Shown here one piece after another: positions 1 to 6,911 of a DNA stretch of 20,000 bases (position 1 is the first letter of the stretch; every line of letters begins with the position of its first letter). The DNA is from an uncultured virus (IMG/VR IMGVR_UViG_3300006990_000025) (Duplodnaviria > Heunggongvirae > Uroviricota > Caudoviricetes): the IMG/VR virus record IMGVR_UViG_3300006990_000025; one strand, 5' to 3'. Position numbers and translations under genes: made by a program. The notes under the pieces are model-generated. The model worked only from the letters and a program-made list of their open reading frames with translations. It searched no databases and was not told the DNA's origin.

Positions 1-244
1 ACGGTCTTTCTATTCGCTTTCGGCGACCAAAACTCCAACCGCAGGGTTTTCCATCTTTATGATACACAATGCAATACCTACTAACTGGGTATTTATCCCC
101 ATCTTTCATCTTCAAGCGTCGGTAGCCTTGTTTCTTGACCTTGCCAACACATACTGCTGACTCATAATCATAATCTCTATCCTTTGATGTTGAAACAACT
201 GGATTCACCATACTCAAACTTCCTCCGCAGTTAGGACAAGGCAT
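1..244 (-). CDS. Small Cys-rich (putative Zn-finger) protein, 3' end runs off the window
   Basis: Not in the ORF track. Hand translation from ATG 244: MPCPNCGGSLSMVNPVVSTSKDRDYDYESAVCVGKVKKQGYRRLKMKDGDKYPVSRYCIVYHKDGKPCGWSFGRRKRIERP..., open to the edge. The ATG is 2 nt after the stop of 247..468, with GGAGG upstream. Confidence 0.7.
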   Translation of the reverse strand, partial: MPCPNCGGSLSMVNPVVSTSKDRDYDYESAVCVGKVKKQGYRRLKMKDGDKYPVSRYCIVYHKDGKPCGWSFGRRKRIERP

Positions 245-246
245 AC

Positions 247-468
247 TCAATCCTCCTTGTCAGGGTGACTCTTGGGTAGGCTCTTACGCCTTGTAGCAGC
301 CATTTTGTCAAGGTGCTTTACTAAGTTTTCAGCCGCAGTATCAAAACGCTTCTTAGAATGCACATCAACTGCCATTTGAGCATAAAGTGCGCTCAAGTCT
401 ATGTTCTGTGTTATGTATTCTATTATTTCATACTCGGCATGTTTTACACTACCTGCTCTCATACTCAT
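247..468 (-). CDS. Hypothetical protein (73 aa, helical)
   Basis: ORF whose ATG lies 24 nt downstream of a TAATATAGGTG promoter copy (TATA at 492-498). Confidence 0.75.
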   Translation of the reverse strand: MSMRAGSVKHAEYEIIEYITQNIDLSALYAQMAVDVHSKKRFDTAAENLVKHLDKMAATRRKSLPKSHPDKED

Positions 469-474
469 GAGAGG

Positions 475-500
475 GTCTTGTATAACCCACCTATATTAGG
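475..500 (-). promoter_or_regulatory. Class I promoter variant (TAATATA-GGTG...CAAGAC)
   Basis: + strand gtcttg-N11-tatatta, the same geometry as the other copies. Confidence 0.65.
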
Positions 501-586
501 TGTGAGAGATTTGTAGGCCGATTCTAACGGTTCTTTTGCATAAGGTATTGCTCGTTTGGTGTTGAGTAATCCTTGCCTCTCAAACT

Positions 587-612
587 ATCCTATGGGTCAG
601 TCCTATATAAAC
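587..612 (-). promoter_or_regulatory. Class I promoter copy (TTATATA-N11-TAGGAT) with no obvious downstream gene
   Basis: + strand atccta(587-592)-N11-tatataa(604-610). Confidence 0.55.
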
Positions 613-747
613 CTACCGCATATAATGTTTATTAGAAGTGATTAAGCCCTGACGATATTCTTCAATCGCCTCACGCATACATGCCTTACACTTATGCTTG
701 CCTTCAAACTGTGGATTGTGAACCAAAGGGCGAATGCACTTCATCAT
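613..747 (-). CDS. Small putative Zn-binding protein (44 aa)
   Basis: Below the ORF-track cutoff: MMKCIRPLVHNPQFEGKHKCKACMREAIEEYRQGLITSNKHYMR. It has an ATGA overlap with the HNH stop and a C-x5-H...CxxC pattern. Confidence 0.6.
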   Translation of the reverse strand: MMKCIRPLVHNPQFEGKHKCKACMREAIEEYRQGLITSNKHYMR

Positions 748-1226
748 TCTTCCTCTCGCATTTCTCTTAGTTTAGCATCCATGTATTTCTTACGCTCATG
801 CCGCTTTCTTCTTTTTCTTTCTTGGCGGGTTTTATCAGCCCTGCCTTCGATTTTTTCATTATGCTTTTTGCCCGCCAAATGCTCTTTGTAATGTTTTATA
901 CGGTGACAATTAGAACATATTAATTGACACTTAGCAATCTCTTTTTCTATTCTCTTCCAAGAGTAGCCGTTACCAACAAGATAAGAAATTGATGCAACCT
1001 TGTCATCGTGGTTAATATGATGATAATCTAAAGCCCATGTTGCTATTTGACCCGATAGGCCACACACAACACAAGCCCCCTCCGCTTTTATCTTCTGGAG
1101 TTTTTCTCTTGTTTGCTTTCGTCGCAGTCTAACCTGCGCTCTCCTTTTATCAGCATTACTTTGATACCATTTCTTGTGATAATTTCGCTGATATTCTCTG
1201 CGTTTATCAGCATCTTTGAAGGGCAT
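744..1226 (-). CDS. HNH endonuclease
   Basis: CVVC...LDYHH...EIAKCQLICSNCHRIKH is a Zn-binding HNH signature, flanked by basic helices. The start is ATG 1226 (GAGGCGG upstream) or 1241 (ATGA overlap). Confidence 0.85.
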   Translation of the reverse strand: MPFKDADKRREYQRNYHKKWYQSNADKRRAQVRLRRKQTREKLQKIKAEGACVVCGLSGQIATWALDYHHINHDDKVASISYLVGNGYSWKRIEKEIAKCQLICSNCHRIKHYKEHLAGKKHNEKIEGRADKTRQERKRRKRHERKKYMDAKLREMREEE

Positions 1227-1237
1227 TAACGCCCGCC

Positions 1238-1522
1238 TCATTCATCAGCAAGTTTTGTCAAAATGATTCTTGGTTGTCCTTCCGAGTCAAGTTTTGATTT
1301 GTAAAAAGACATTTCATCCTGTGTAGGTTCTCGGCCTCTGTAAAAACCGTAAGCCAGTTTGATATATTCCTCTGTTGGAGTTGCATAATCAAGGGGTGAA
1401 GGACATTCATTTAGAATCTTAGGTTCGGCCTTTTTGGTTGGCTTGGTTGCTTTCTTTTCTTCAACAACTTTCTCTTCAACCTTTACTTCCGCTTTCTCTT
1501 CCGCTTTCGCTTTCTTAGCCAT
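1238..1522 (-). CDS. Small Lys/Glu-rich protein with a DUF4214-like C-terminal helical motif, possible virion protein
   Basis: Low-complexity K/E/A N-terminus. AYGFYRGREPTQDEMSFY resembles the Y..LGR.PD motif. It has its own TTAATA box at 1547-1552. Confidence 0.6.
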   Translation of the reverse strand: MAKKAKAEEKAEVKVEEKVVEEKKATKPTKKAEPKILNECPSPLDYATPTEEYIKLAYGFYRGREPTQDEMSFYKSKLDSEGQPRIILTKLADE

Positions 1523-1548
1523 GTTTGTTCCAAACCCATGAATAGTTA

Positions 1549-2070
1549 TTAAGCATTATCCCATAATATAGTCAGTTCTATGTCAGTTCGCACACCGCCT
1601 ATGGTGTTGCCTTCAAACCCTTTACCAAAGAAAGCCTCCTTGTCCTTGACTTGTATGGGTTCAGCGACATTGACAACATCGGATATTTTAATGAATTTAT
1701 ATCCATAACCGCCCCATTCTGGGTTAGCACTTCCGTTATTAGCATTGACAAGCACTTGCTCTCTTATTATTTTCAATAACTTCCACATCTGTTCGTCAGT
1801 TGGTGTTAGCAAATGAACCACGACATAACCAGTATTTGTTGTCGCTGCAATCGTGGCAGCAGGGTTCATGTTAGCGATTTCAGTTTCTTGATAAAAATTA
1901 GTCAATACAATTTGTGGCACTTTTTGATTCTTCATAGAAAACCAACTATCAGTTTGTATTGTTATACTTGGCAGCCCCGCAGCCGTGAGTTTAGCAGCAA
2001 GCCCTGATTCTAAGATAACTTTGGTAAGAGCCTTTGGGCTAAGTGTAGGCTCATTATTTGTAGCGGGCAT
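1549..2070 (-). CDS. Putative tail terminator / head-tail completion protein
   Basis: Lies directly after the adaptor, with a typical size and a P.I.L strand, helix and C-terminal strand pattern. Likely start is ATG 2070, just after the adaptor stop and preceded by GGTG (the track gives 2091). Confidence 0.55.
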   Translation of the reverse strand: MPATNNEPTLSPKALTKVILESGLAAKLTAAGLPSITIQTDSWFSMKNQKVPQIVLTNFYQETEIANMNPAATIAATTNTGYVVVHLLTPTDEQMWKLLKIIREQVLVNANNGSANPEWGGYGYKFIKISDVVNVAEPIQVKDKEAFFGKGFEGNTIGGVRTDIELTILWDNA

Positions 2071-2071
2071 A

Positions 2072-2701
2072 TCATGCACCGCCATTACCAAAGACTGCTA
2101 CGGCCATGAAAGAATTAGCCTTGACTTTCTCCAAGTATTCTTTGTATTCTTTCTCCGTTGAGTCTAGTAATGGTCGCCAAAATTGTTTGATTCTTTCAGC
2201 CGAGTTCTCATCATTCAAACTCGCTCTTGCCGCCTGTCTAACAACTAAGAGAATTGTAGCCATTTTCGCCTCGATTGGGGCAGTGGCAATTCCTGATGTG
2301 TAAGTTATTTTGAATAGTTGAATAGCATTTAGTCCGACGAGGTTATGGAATCTAATAACTCCGGCTTCCGCATCATCCAACCACCAGTCATCTGTTCCAT
2401 CTCTTTTTCTTCCTTCTTCAAGAACAGTAGTCGAACCATCAGATTTAGTTTCTTCAACAGAGGTAATAGAAGCGACGGGTCTATTTTTTAGAGTAATGTG
2501 CCTCATCCTGTATGTTGAATCATGATATTCGACATGGCTAACAACACCTGCTAACTGCCGACCTGCATACATATCAACCAAGCGTGAAGCATTGGTTATC
2601 ATTGTAGCCAATTCAGCATCAGTTGGTCCGATGTTATTACCATCAATTAGACCCGAATAAGTTCTAACCTCTGTCACTGTGCAGTAATCTATTGCGCTCA
2701 T
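2072..2701 (-). CDS. Head-tail adaptor (HK97 gp6 / SPP1 gp15-like) with a beta-rich insertion
   Basis: N-terminal YCTVTEVR...ITNASRLVDMYAGR and later ITYTSG...P...KMATILLV pattern. It follows the capsid gene. Confidence 0.8.
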   Translation of the reverse strand: MSAIDYCTVTEVRTYSGLIDGNNIGPTDAELATMITNASRLVDMYAGRQLAGVVSHVEYHDSTYRMRHITLKNRPVASITSVEETKSDGSTTVLEEGRKRDGTDDWWLDDAEAGVIRFHNLVGLNAIQLFKITYTSGIATAPIEAKMATILLVVRQAARASLNDENSAERIKQFWRPLLDSTEKEYKEYLEKVKANSFMAVAVFGNGGA

Positions 2702-2736
2702 AACATATCCCTTGTCAAGATGGGCTTTAACGGTTG

Positions 2737-2768
2737 AGCCTTAGCCCCCTCTCTTGAGGGCTATGGCT
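2737..2768 (-). terminator. Stem-loop downstream of the major capsid gene
   Basis: Minus strand AGCCATAGCCCTC-AAGAGA-GGGGGCTAAGGCT. The stem extends through a G:U pair only on the minus-strand RNA. Confidence 0.6.
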
Positions 2769-2806
2769 TACGCTATCGCCTTTGTTAAAAGGTTAGTTAA
2801 TCAGCC

Positions 2807-3931
2807 TCAAAGAGTTGCTAATCCGTGAATGGTGCATATTGCCTCATCATAGCGAACTGCGAAGGCAACATCTTGCTTAGGAATAAGCACGAATCTGTCC
2901 TTTGTTGGTTCGTCATGGAAGCCAATACTGAATCTTCTCTCTGCAACTGTTGGGTTGCCGATTAGTGGAGAACGGACATTCACTAGCATAGCGATTGTAC
3001 AGTTTCTTACAGAGTTAGCAACGCTTGATAGAGCAAACTTACCTGTGTGGTTCATGTTGGTTGGAATAACGCCAGTAGCGAAAACTCTGACACCATAGAT
3101 TCGACCAAGTTCACCGCTTAGGATAGTAGCACCTGCACCGTATTTATCAACAGTTTGTAGTTCAGTAAGTCCTAAGAGTTGAACCTCAAGGTTTCTTGGA
3201 ACTATCATAGCCAATTCATCTCTGTTGTCGGAGTAAACACCCAACTTAGCGATAGCACTTCTCATGTGAGCAAGTGTGAAGGCTGAACCTGCATTTGCTT
3301 GGGTTGCATCAACAGTAACCCCTAATCTATTTCCGGCAGTTGCACCAGTTCCGATACAAGCAGTTCTTAGACCATCAAACAATAGAAGGTAGTCATTTAC
3401 AGTTCCGCTAACACCAGTTGGGTTTAGTTCAGCACCAGAAGTTGCATGTGGTCCGTTAATGTTGTCAGCAAAAGAGTTACCAGTAGCAGTATCACCGTTA
3501 ATGAACAAAGATTGTTCGTTAGTAGCAAGTTGTGAAGCAATATCATCTCTTAGAACTGCAAGCAATCCTTCGACACCGTATGCAATCAGGTAATTACCGA
3601 TTGGAATATTAGCAATCATTGTCTTAAGTTCCAACTCAACTTCGTTAGTAGCGTTTCGGCTCTCCCCTGCGGCAGTTCCGGCTTCGGCCATTGTTAGAGT
3701 TTGTTGGTGGAATGATACACTACCTGTCAATTTTGGAATCTTCATAATTCTTCTCGACATTGGCATAGCAGGGAAAAGAGAACGCATGAAGTTTCTCTCA
3801 TATACTATTCCGATTATCTCTTCAGCAGTTTCAGTAGGAAGCATTGTTGCACCAGTTGTATTTGCTACACCTGCTAACGCTGCTTTCACCTTTTCAGTCA
3901 TCTCATTAAAGTTCATTTCTTCGCTTGTCAT
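2807..3931 (-). CDS. Major capsid protein, HK97 fold
   Basis: GATMLPTETAEEII, FINGD, FDGL, G.LGRIYGVRV and FAVRYDEA motifs. 374 aa, directly downstream of the prohead protease. Confidence 0.93.
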   Translation of the reverse strand: MTSEEMNFNEMTEKVKAALAGVANTTGATMLPTETAEEIIGIVYERNFMRSLFPAMPMSRRIMKIPKLTGSVSFHQQTLTMAEAGTAAGESRNATNEVELELKTMIANIPIGNYLIAYGVEGLLAVLRDDIASQLATNEQSLFINGDTATGNSFADNINGPHATSGAELNPTGVSGTVNDYLLLFDGLRTACIGTGATAGNRLGVTVDATQANAGSAFTLAHMRSAIAKLGVYSDNRDELAMIVPRNLEVQLLGLTELQTVDKYGAGATILSGELGRIYGVRVFATGVIPTNMNHTGKFALSSVANSVRNCTIAMLVNVRSPLIGNPTVAERRFSIGFHDEPTKDRFVLIPKQDVAFAVRYDEAICTIHGLATL

Positions 3932-3940
3932 ATTATATCC

Positions 3941-3963
3941 CTTTCTCTATTTGGTTATTAAGT
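3941..3963 (-). promoter_or_regulatory. Class II (structural) promoter of the capsid gene
   Basis: Minus strand CTTAATAACCAAATAGAGAAAG, with TTAATA (3956-3961) 25 nt from the ATG. Confidence 0.7.
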
Positions 3964-3974
3964 ATATCCTAACT

Positions 3975-4652
3975 TCAAAGTCCTCTTCCTTCAATTCTCT
4001 CGGATAGCCAAGAGCCAAGTCCGGCCATGCCTTTGCTTACTTCTGGCAAAGGGTCGTACTTGGTTGTTCCAGTTTTCTTTTCAGTTGGAGTAATGTTAGC
4101 CGATAGGCTTTTTCTTTCAGCCGGTACGGATTTTGTTTCAATGTTTAGTTCAGCCATTTTTTCAGCAAGTCTTTTACCGACCTCTGCTTCAATTACTGCT
4201 TCTTGCTCTGCAATCTCTTTCTCTTCGGTCAAAGATGTAATTAGTGAATCTCTTTCAGCAATAATGCTCTTAAGTGATTCTGTTTCATCGAGTTTGTCTG
4301 TCAGGTTCTTTAGAGTTGCTTCCATGCTTAGAACGGATTTTACAACTTCTTCTAATACTGCATCATCGTCAAGAGTTTTCTCTTCAAGTTCTTCGACTAC
4401 TTCTTCTTCAAGAGCCTCTTCCTCAACAAGTTCTTCTTCGACAAGTTCTTCCTCAACCTCTTCTGTTGCTTCTTCAAGAACTTCTTCTTCGACTGCTTCT
4501 TCGAGAACTTCTTCTTCGAGAACTTCTTCTTCAAGAACTTCTTCAACCTCTTCGGTTTTAACAGTGACTATTTCTTCGGTTGGAACTTCTATTTCTTGTT
4601 CCTTGATTTCAACTTCTTCAATTACTTCTTCGGAGGTTTGCTCATCAGACAT
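3975..4652 (-). CDS. Nested in-frame scaffold protein (225 aa, MSDEQTSEE...) from an internal promoter
   Basis: In-frame ATG at 4652 with TTAATA at 4676-4681. The upstream sequence is nearly identical to the capsid promoter. Confidence 0.65.
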   Translation of the reverse strand: MSDEQTSEEVIEEVEIKEQEIEVPTEEIVTVKTEEVEEVLEEEVLEEEVLEEAVEEEVLEEATEEVEEELVEEELVEEEALEEEVVEELEEKTLDDDAVLEEVVKSVLSMEATLKNLTDKLDETESLKSIIAERDSLITSLTEEKEIAEQEAVIEAEVGKRLAEKMAELNIETKSVPAERKSLSANITPTEKKTGTTKYDPLPEVSKGMAGLGSWLSERIEGRGL

Positions 4653-5534
4653 GGAACTTTCCTTCTCTATATGGGTATTAACGCTATCGGTGGCAATAGC
4701 CTGTTTGAACTTTTCTTCCAAGTGTGCTAATTGTTGGCGCAGTTCTTCCATTTCAGTATCTTGGTCGGGTGCGCCCATTGGCTCGGCTTTACCAAACTCG
4801 ATAACATAACTGTCCTCGGTTTCTTCAACTGCTACAATGTGCTTTTCCTCTGTATGATTTCCACCACAACCGCAACCACCGCAACCATCTCCGCCAATAA
4901 TGTCTTTAGAACCTGTATAAGAAACTAAAGACTTCTCAACATCAAAGAGAGCATTTGGTGAAGCGGGAATATCAACCACGCTTGTTTCAATCCATTCAAT
5001 GTTAGTAAATCTAACATAGCAAGATTCATCTTCCTTGTCATTAGGACATTCCTTTACTGCGGCTTTTGCTATGAAACCAATAGAGAATGACCTAAGCATT
5101 CCCTTTCTAATCTTTCTAACAATGTCTTTTTCTCCACCGTCAATTCTTGCACGCCCCATAACTGTGCTAATCTTCCTGTCCTCATCCTCATAAGAACCCA
5201 TCTCGACATTTTCCATAACTCCGATAACGCCGTAGTCTTTTCTATGATTGTATAGAATAACTGGATTCTTCATGTAAGATTTCCAAGAGTCTAATATTGC
5301 TTTAGGCTCAACCATTTCCTTGTGTCGGTCAAGCATGGCTTCATCTCCGACATATACCGGACCATAGACAACAACATCGTCATCGTCTTTTTTGTAATTA
5401 TCTTCATCAACGCTTTTATCAACCTTGAAAGGAACAATCATCCTGTATTCAAATACGGCTTCTTCCGTATTGCCTTTAATGGCATTGAATATTTTATCGT
5501 CATCCAAGAAAACGGCTTTACCAAAGTCCACCAT
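3975..5534 (-). CDS. Prohead maturation protease (HK97/S78-like) fused to an acidic coiled-coil scaffold
   Basis: NPVILYNH (His), RSFSIGF (Ser) and ETSVVDIPASPNA motifs. The C-terminal half is Glu-rich coiled coil. Confidence 0.9.
   Translation of the reverse strand: MVDFGKAVFLDDDKIFNAIKGNTEEAVFEYRMIVPFKVDKSVDEDNYKKDDDDVVVYGPVYVGDEAMLDRHKEMVEPKAILDSWKSYMKNPVILYNHRKDYGVIGVMENVEMGSYEDEDRKISTVMGRARIDGGEKDIVRKIRKGMLRSFSIGFIAKAAVKECPNDKEDESCYVRFTNIEWIETSVVDIPASPNALFDVEKSLVSYTGSKDIIGGDGCGGCGCGGNHTEEKHIVAVEETEDSYVIEFGKAEPMGAPDQDTEMEELRQQLAHLEEKFKQAIATDSVNTHIEKESSMSDEQTSEEVIEEVEIKEQEIEVPTEEIVTVKTEEVEEVLEEEVLEEEVLEEAVEEEVLEEATEEVEEELVEEELVEEEALEEEVVEELEEKTLDDDAVLEEVVKSVLSMEATLKNLTDKLDETESLKSIIAERDSLITSLTEEKEIAEQEAVIEAEVGKRLAEKMAELNIETKSVPAERKSLSANITPTEKKTGTTKYDPLPEVSKGMAGLGSWLSERIEGRGL
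4380..4552 (-). repeat. Degenerate 15-bp coding tandem repeats (EEEVL/EEELV units) in the scaffold
   Basis: Repeated GAAGAAGTTCTYGAA-like units giving EEVLEEEVLEEEVLEEAVEEEVLEE. Confidence 0.8.
4661..4683 (-). promoter_or_regulatory. Internal class II promoter within the protease gene
   Basis: Minus strand GTTAATACCCATATAGAGAAGG, versus capsid promoter CTTAATAACCAAATAGAGAAAG. Confidence 0.65.
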
Positions 5535-5558
5535 AGAAAGGTGTCTATGATAAAGGGT

Positions 5559-5912
5559 TTAATACACTTCCTTTGCTTCATAGTTCTCTGGAGTTTGTTG
5601 AAAAATTTCTTGATATAGATTTTCTAACCATTCTTCATCCTTAGCAAAATGCCATGTGCTATGCTTTGTTCCCCTTATGTTAGTCCATCCCCAACGCTTC
5701 AAGAAGTAAGATATTGTAGTTGTTCCTAAGTATTTGTTGTGTGGAGTAAAGTTATTCCCAACCATTCTTGGTTTGTTGGCTAACACTATGTCAAGTGCCT
5801 CCGAACCGTAAAACAGTTTCTTTGGATTTGCCAATGAATCTTTAGCCAATAGATAGGCTCTATAATTTATCCAAAGTGGAAACTTCTTCAACTTCTTAGC
5901 ATTCTTATCCAA
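5559..5912 (-). CDS. Hypothetical protein (possible winged-helix DNA-binding), probable TTG start
   Basis: The track calls 5559..6005, but its 5' part overlaps a better 42-aa ORF. The in-frame TTG at 5912 follows GAGGGTGTGA. Confidence 0.6.
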   Translation of the reverse strand: MDKNAKKLKKFPLWINYRAYLLAKDSLANPKKLFYGSEALDIVLANKPRMVGNNFTPHNKYLGTTTISYFLKRWGWTNIRGTKHSTWHFAKDEEWLENLYQEIFQQTPENYEAKEVY

Positions 5913-5913
5913 T

Positions 5914-6042
5914 TCACACCCTCGATTCGTCAAAGAATTTTTGTGCAACTTGGGTAAAAGCCTGAAACCAGTCGTCTGTTTCTTTATGCTTTGCCAATAC
6001 TTCATCTATAAATTTCATTTTTCCTATTTCTTCCGGTGTCAT
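5914..6042 (-). CDS. Small hypothetical protein (42 aa)
   Basis: MTPEEIGKMKFIDEVLAKHKETDDWFQAFTQVAQKFFDESRV, with GAGGCGA RBS-like sequence and a class I promoter upstream. Confidence 0.65.
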   Translation of the reverse strand: MTPEEIGKMKFIDEVLAKHKETDDWFQAFTQVAQKFFDESRV

Positions 6043-6060
6043 CTCTCTCGCCTCTGTTTA

Positions 6061-6087
6061 GTCCTATACATCACTACTATATAAGCA
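6061..6087 (-). promoter_or_regulatory. Class I promoter (TTATATA-N11-TAGGAC)
   Basis: + strand gtccta(6061-6066)-N11-tatataa(6078-6084). Confidence 0.75.
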
Positions 6088-6100
6088 TATTGTATATACT

Positions 6101-6442
6101 TTAGTAAAGCAACCAACCTAATACCATTTGCTGAAAGTTGTTGTTGTCAATTCGCACATACAAGTGGTGATGGTAACTCCAACCAACTTTCTCTGCAATC
6201 AATACATGAGAGTCGGAGTTTGCTTCAACTAAATTATTAATGTGTAGTTTTTCATCAGCCGTCAATTCTTTGAGAGAAACAAGGTAAGTTAGACCTTGAT
6301 AATATTCGCCTTCGTGAGAAAATGATTCACCCGATAAAGGCGTGCTATTCTCTTTCTTCCTGTATGCTCTTTTGTAAGTTAGGTTAGCAACTGGGTTATC
6401 TGTTCCTGTCATGTCTGGGTTCGGGGGGCTTGCGTCTTGCAT
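6101..6442 (-). CDS. Hypothetical protein (113 aa)
   Basis: Start moved from GTG 6463, which is part of the promoter, to the in-frame ATG 6442, 23 nt from the TATA box. Confidence 0.7.
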   Translation of the reverse strand: MQDASPPNPDMTGTDNPVANLTYKRAYRKKENSTPLSGESFSHEGEYYQGLTYLVSLKELTADEKLHINNLVEANSDSHVLIAEKVGWSYHHHLYVRIDNNNFQQMVLGWLLY

Positions 6443-6447
6443 GTATA

Positions 6448-6478
6448 GTCCTACACGATGCACCTATATAACAGTTTT
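6448..6478 (-). promoter_or_regulatory. Class I promoter (AAAACTG-TTATATA-GGTG-N7-TAGGAC)
   Basis: + strand gtccta(6448-6453)-N11-tatataa(6465-6471)cagtttt. Confidence 0.8.
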
Positions 6479-6480
6479 GT

Positions 6481-6909
6481 CTATACCATGATTCTTGGGA
6501 AGATTCTTCTAAACTTTTTGTTGAACACTTCTTGAGGAACGGACTTCATTTTCTTTCTCGCCATTTGAGCGGCAGGTCGTAAATATGGTTGAGGTCGCAT
6601 TGGTGCAAATGCGGAACGGCCATATTCAACCACTGACGCATATTGAACTTTAGAATTTCCAAACCTGACTGTATATCCCTTCCTATCGGGGGTCATAACC
6701 ACCCTGCCACTTTTCTTAAGTCGCCCAGTCCTAACTGGAACTAATTTTTTTGCTTTTCTCAAAATAAATTCAGCAATCCTCTTTGAACAATCTCTGCTAA
6801 ACTCACCGCCCATTGTCGCAGCGAGCATGTGAAACTTCAAACCTATTCTGTTGAATATAGCATGATTTACACTAACAGTTGCATTCATGTTTTGAAGCAT
6901 TTTAGACAA
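6481..6909 (-). CDS. HK97 gp10-like neck / tail completion protein
   Basis: AKKLVPVRTGRLKKS, YASVVEYG and MRPQPYLRPA motifs. TTG start with GGAGG upstream. Confidence 0.85.
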   Translation of the reverse strand: MSKMLQNMNATVSVNHAIFNRIGLKFHMLAATMGGEFSRDCSKRIAEFILRKAKKLVPVRTGRLKKSGRVVMTPDRKGYTVRFGNSKVQYASVVEYGRSAFAPMRPQPYLRPAAQMARKKMKSVPQEVFNKKFRRIFPRIMV

Positions 6910-6911
6910 GA

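Noticed and set aside
4380..4552. Repeat tract considered as a CRISPR or mini-array
   Set aside because: Coding, degenerate 15-bp units with no unique spacers.
4027..4809. 260-aa Ser-rich + strand ORF, and the 95-aa Leu-rich ORF 4274..4561
   Set aside because: Antisense shadows of the GAA-rich scaffold repeats.
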